64,000 nucleotides of DNA from a virus. Taxonomy: Duplodnaviria; Caudoviricetes. How positions within the stretch are numbered: position 1 is the stretch's first letter; the number at the start of each line of letters is the position of its first letter. Of this stretch, positions 62,814-64,000 are shown one piece after another. The stretch lies in IMG/VR virus record IMGVR_UViG_3300020371_000002. The stretch is one strand, 5' to 3'. The translations under genes were made by a program, and so were the position numbers. The notes below the pieces were generated by a model, which was not told where the DNA came from, searched no databases, and saw only the letters and a program-made list of their open reading frames with translations.

Positions 62814-64000
62814 GGATTAACCGCTTTTTCTGTAAGATAATTTAAAGATGCAAAGTTATCTACTACTTTCTCAGCGACAGGAAGATAATCATATTTACCA
62901 ACTTCATTATCAAGGAATCTTTGTAAAAGTTCTCTAGAAAATTGTGGTGGCAGATCTATGTCTTTACTGCAAACTGGATAATCCAATTGTTTCAACCAAC
63001 AGAACCAATTTGCACCTGAGAACATTTCTTTACCTACATCATTGATACTCTTAGCTGCATACGCAAAGTCATTTGCATACCATTCCAGAGTTGGTGAAGA
63101 TTTATAATTCTGTTTAACCCATAACCAGAACTTACCTTCTTGTTTTGGTCTAGAATAATGCATATTCACAAAGTCAATAGAATTCTCATAGAATGCCTTC
63201 ATGTTTGCATTATACAAATCAATATCATGTTGATCGTAATTACGAGTCTTAATTCTCCTCAAAAACTCCCAAGCGCCTGCTGAGATGAGTCCAATACCTG
63301 TACTCTCCAGTGGTTCAATAAATCCACCCGATAACCCAATATTAACAACATTCTTCTCCCAGAAATTGCGAATGTAAAAAGGAGTCCAATCTAAAACTTT
63401 AAGACTGCCCTTTTCCAATCTTTGATCCCAATATTCAATAAAGAAATCTGCAGCTTCATCTATAGGAGTAACACTTCTATTGAATACTAAACCTGTTCCA
63501 TACCTTTTACTTGTAGGAATTTTCCAAATCCATCCATGTTCTACAGCATCACATGCAGTATATGGTTTTAATTCCTTAGTTCTATCAATGTATGGAACAT
63601 GACCAGCAACGGCAGTATCACAGAAAAGTCTATCAGTGAGATCTACTCTATCTTTATCTTCTCTAAGTAAACCTTTAAATCCAGTGCAGTCTACGAAAAA
63701 ATCTGCTTCATGACAATCACCATTAGCAAGACTTAAAGAATGGATATATCCATCCTGAGTTCTATTGACAGACATAACATCAGCTTCTATAAAGTTAATT
63801 CTGTCAGAAATCTTTCCTTTAATGAATTTTACAAGAAGAGAAGCATCAATATGTTGTGCATAGATTTTTAAATTATCAGGATCTATTTTATTATCTCTAA
63901 CTGCTGCATTGTAATGAATTTCACAATCAGTCTTTTTGTTAGGAAAATGTTCTTGATTCTGTGACCACAATTCATGTATTGTAATATCTGATCCTGGGAA
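62804..64000 (-). CDS. tryptophan-halogenase-like protein (5' end beyond window edge)
   Basis: FFVDCTGF, HGWIWKIP (WxWxIP), GFIEPLESTG; frame stays open to the window end (FPGSDITIHELWSQ). Confidence 0.9.
   Translation of the reverse strand, partial: FPGSDITIHELWSQNQEHFPNKKTDCEIHYNAAVRDNKIDPDNLKIYAQHIDASLLVKFIKGKISDRINFIEADVMSVNRTQDGYIHSLSLANGDCHEADFFVDCTGFKGLLREDKDRVDLTDRLFCDTAVAGHVPYIDRTKELKPYTACDAVEHGWIWKIPTSKRYGTGLVFNRSVTPIDEAADFFIEYWDQRLEKGSLKVLDWTPFYIRNFWEKNVVNIGLSGGFIEPLESTGIGLISAGAWEFLRRIKTRNYDQHDIDLYNANMKAFYENSIDFVNMHYSRPKQEGKFWLWVKQNYKSSPTLEWYANDFAYAAKSINDVGKEMFSGANWFCWLKQLDYPVCSKDIDLPPQFSRELLQRFLDNEVGKYDYLPVAEKVVDNFASLNYLTEKAVNPWK

Noticed and set aside
1-64000. Photosystem genes (psbA, psbD, hli), talC, a diversity-generating retroelement, or alternative genetic code
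   Set aside because: No such ORFs, reverse transcriptase or in-frame stops in core genes were seen in this window; they may lie elsewhere in the genome

Overview
A 64-kb segment of a T4-like cyanomyovirus (marine Synechococcus/Prochlorococcus phage type). Almost every gene is on the minus strand. Reading in transcription order from the right end: (i) an accessory island with a Trp-halogenase-like gene (cut by the window edge), 2OG-Fe(II) oxygenases and ADP-heptose-type sugar enzymes (split HldE kinase and adenylyltransferase, HAD phosphatase, cupin, and an inverted hldD, the only plus-strand gene I accept); (ii) the neck/tail/packaging/head module gp13-14-15-[fibre]-16-17-18-19-20-21-22-23, then gp3, uvsY, uvsW, gp55; (iii) recombination and replication genes (gp47, 46, 45, 44, 62, regA, hsp20, gp43, uvsX, gp41) interleaved with auxiliary genes (ho1, pebS, halogenase, AAA+/VWA pair, mazG, four more oxygenases) and two structured RNAs (manA-like, PhotoRC-II-like); (iv) a late-promoter-driven cluster at about 3.9-11.3 kb; (v) gp61 primase and nrdA (cut by the left edge). 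The most intriguing signal is the cluster in (iv). It holds a 796-aa and a 239-aa protein made of short basic modules delimited by hydrophobic-x-Glu sites like those cut by the gp21 prohead protease, a nucleotidyltransferase with a T4 internal-protein-like N-terminal signal, and a putative nuclease behind a hairpin switch. Together these suggest a virion-packaged, protease-processed cargo system. All family assignments are from motif recognition only; no searches were run. I saw no tRNA, CRISPR array, intron or intein.
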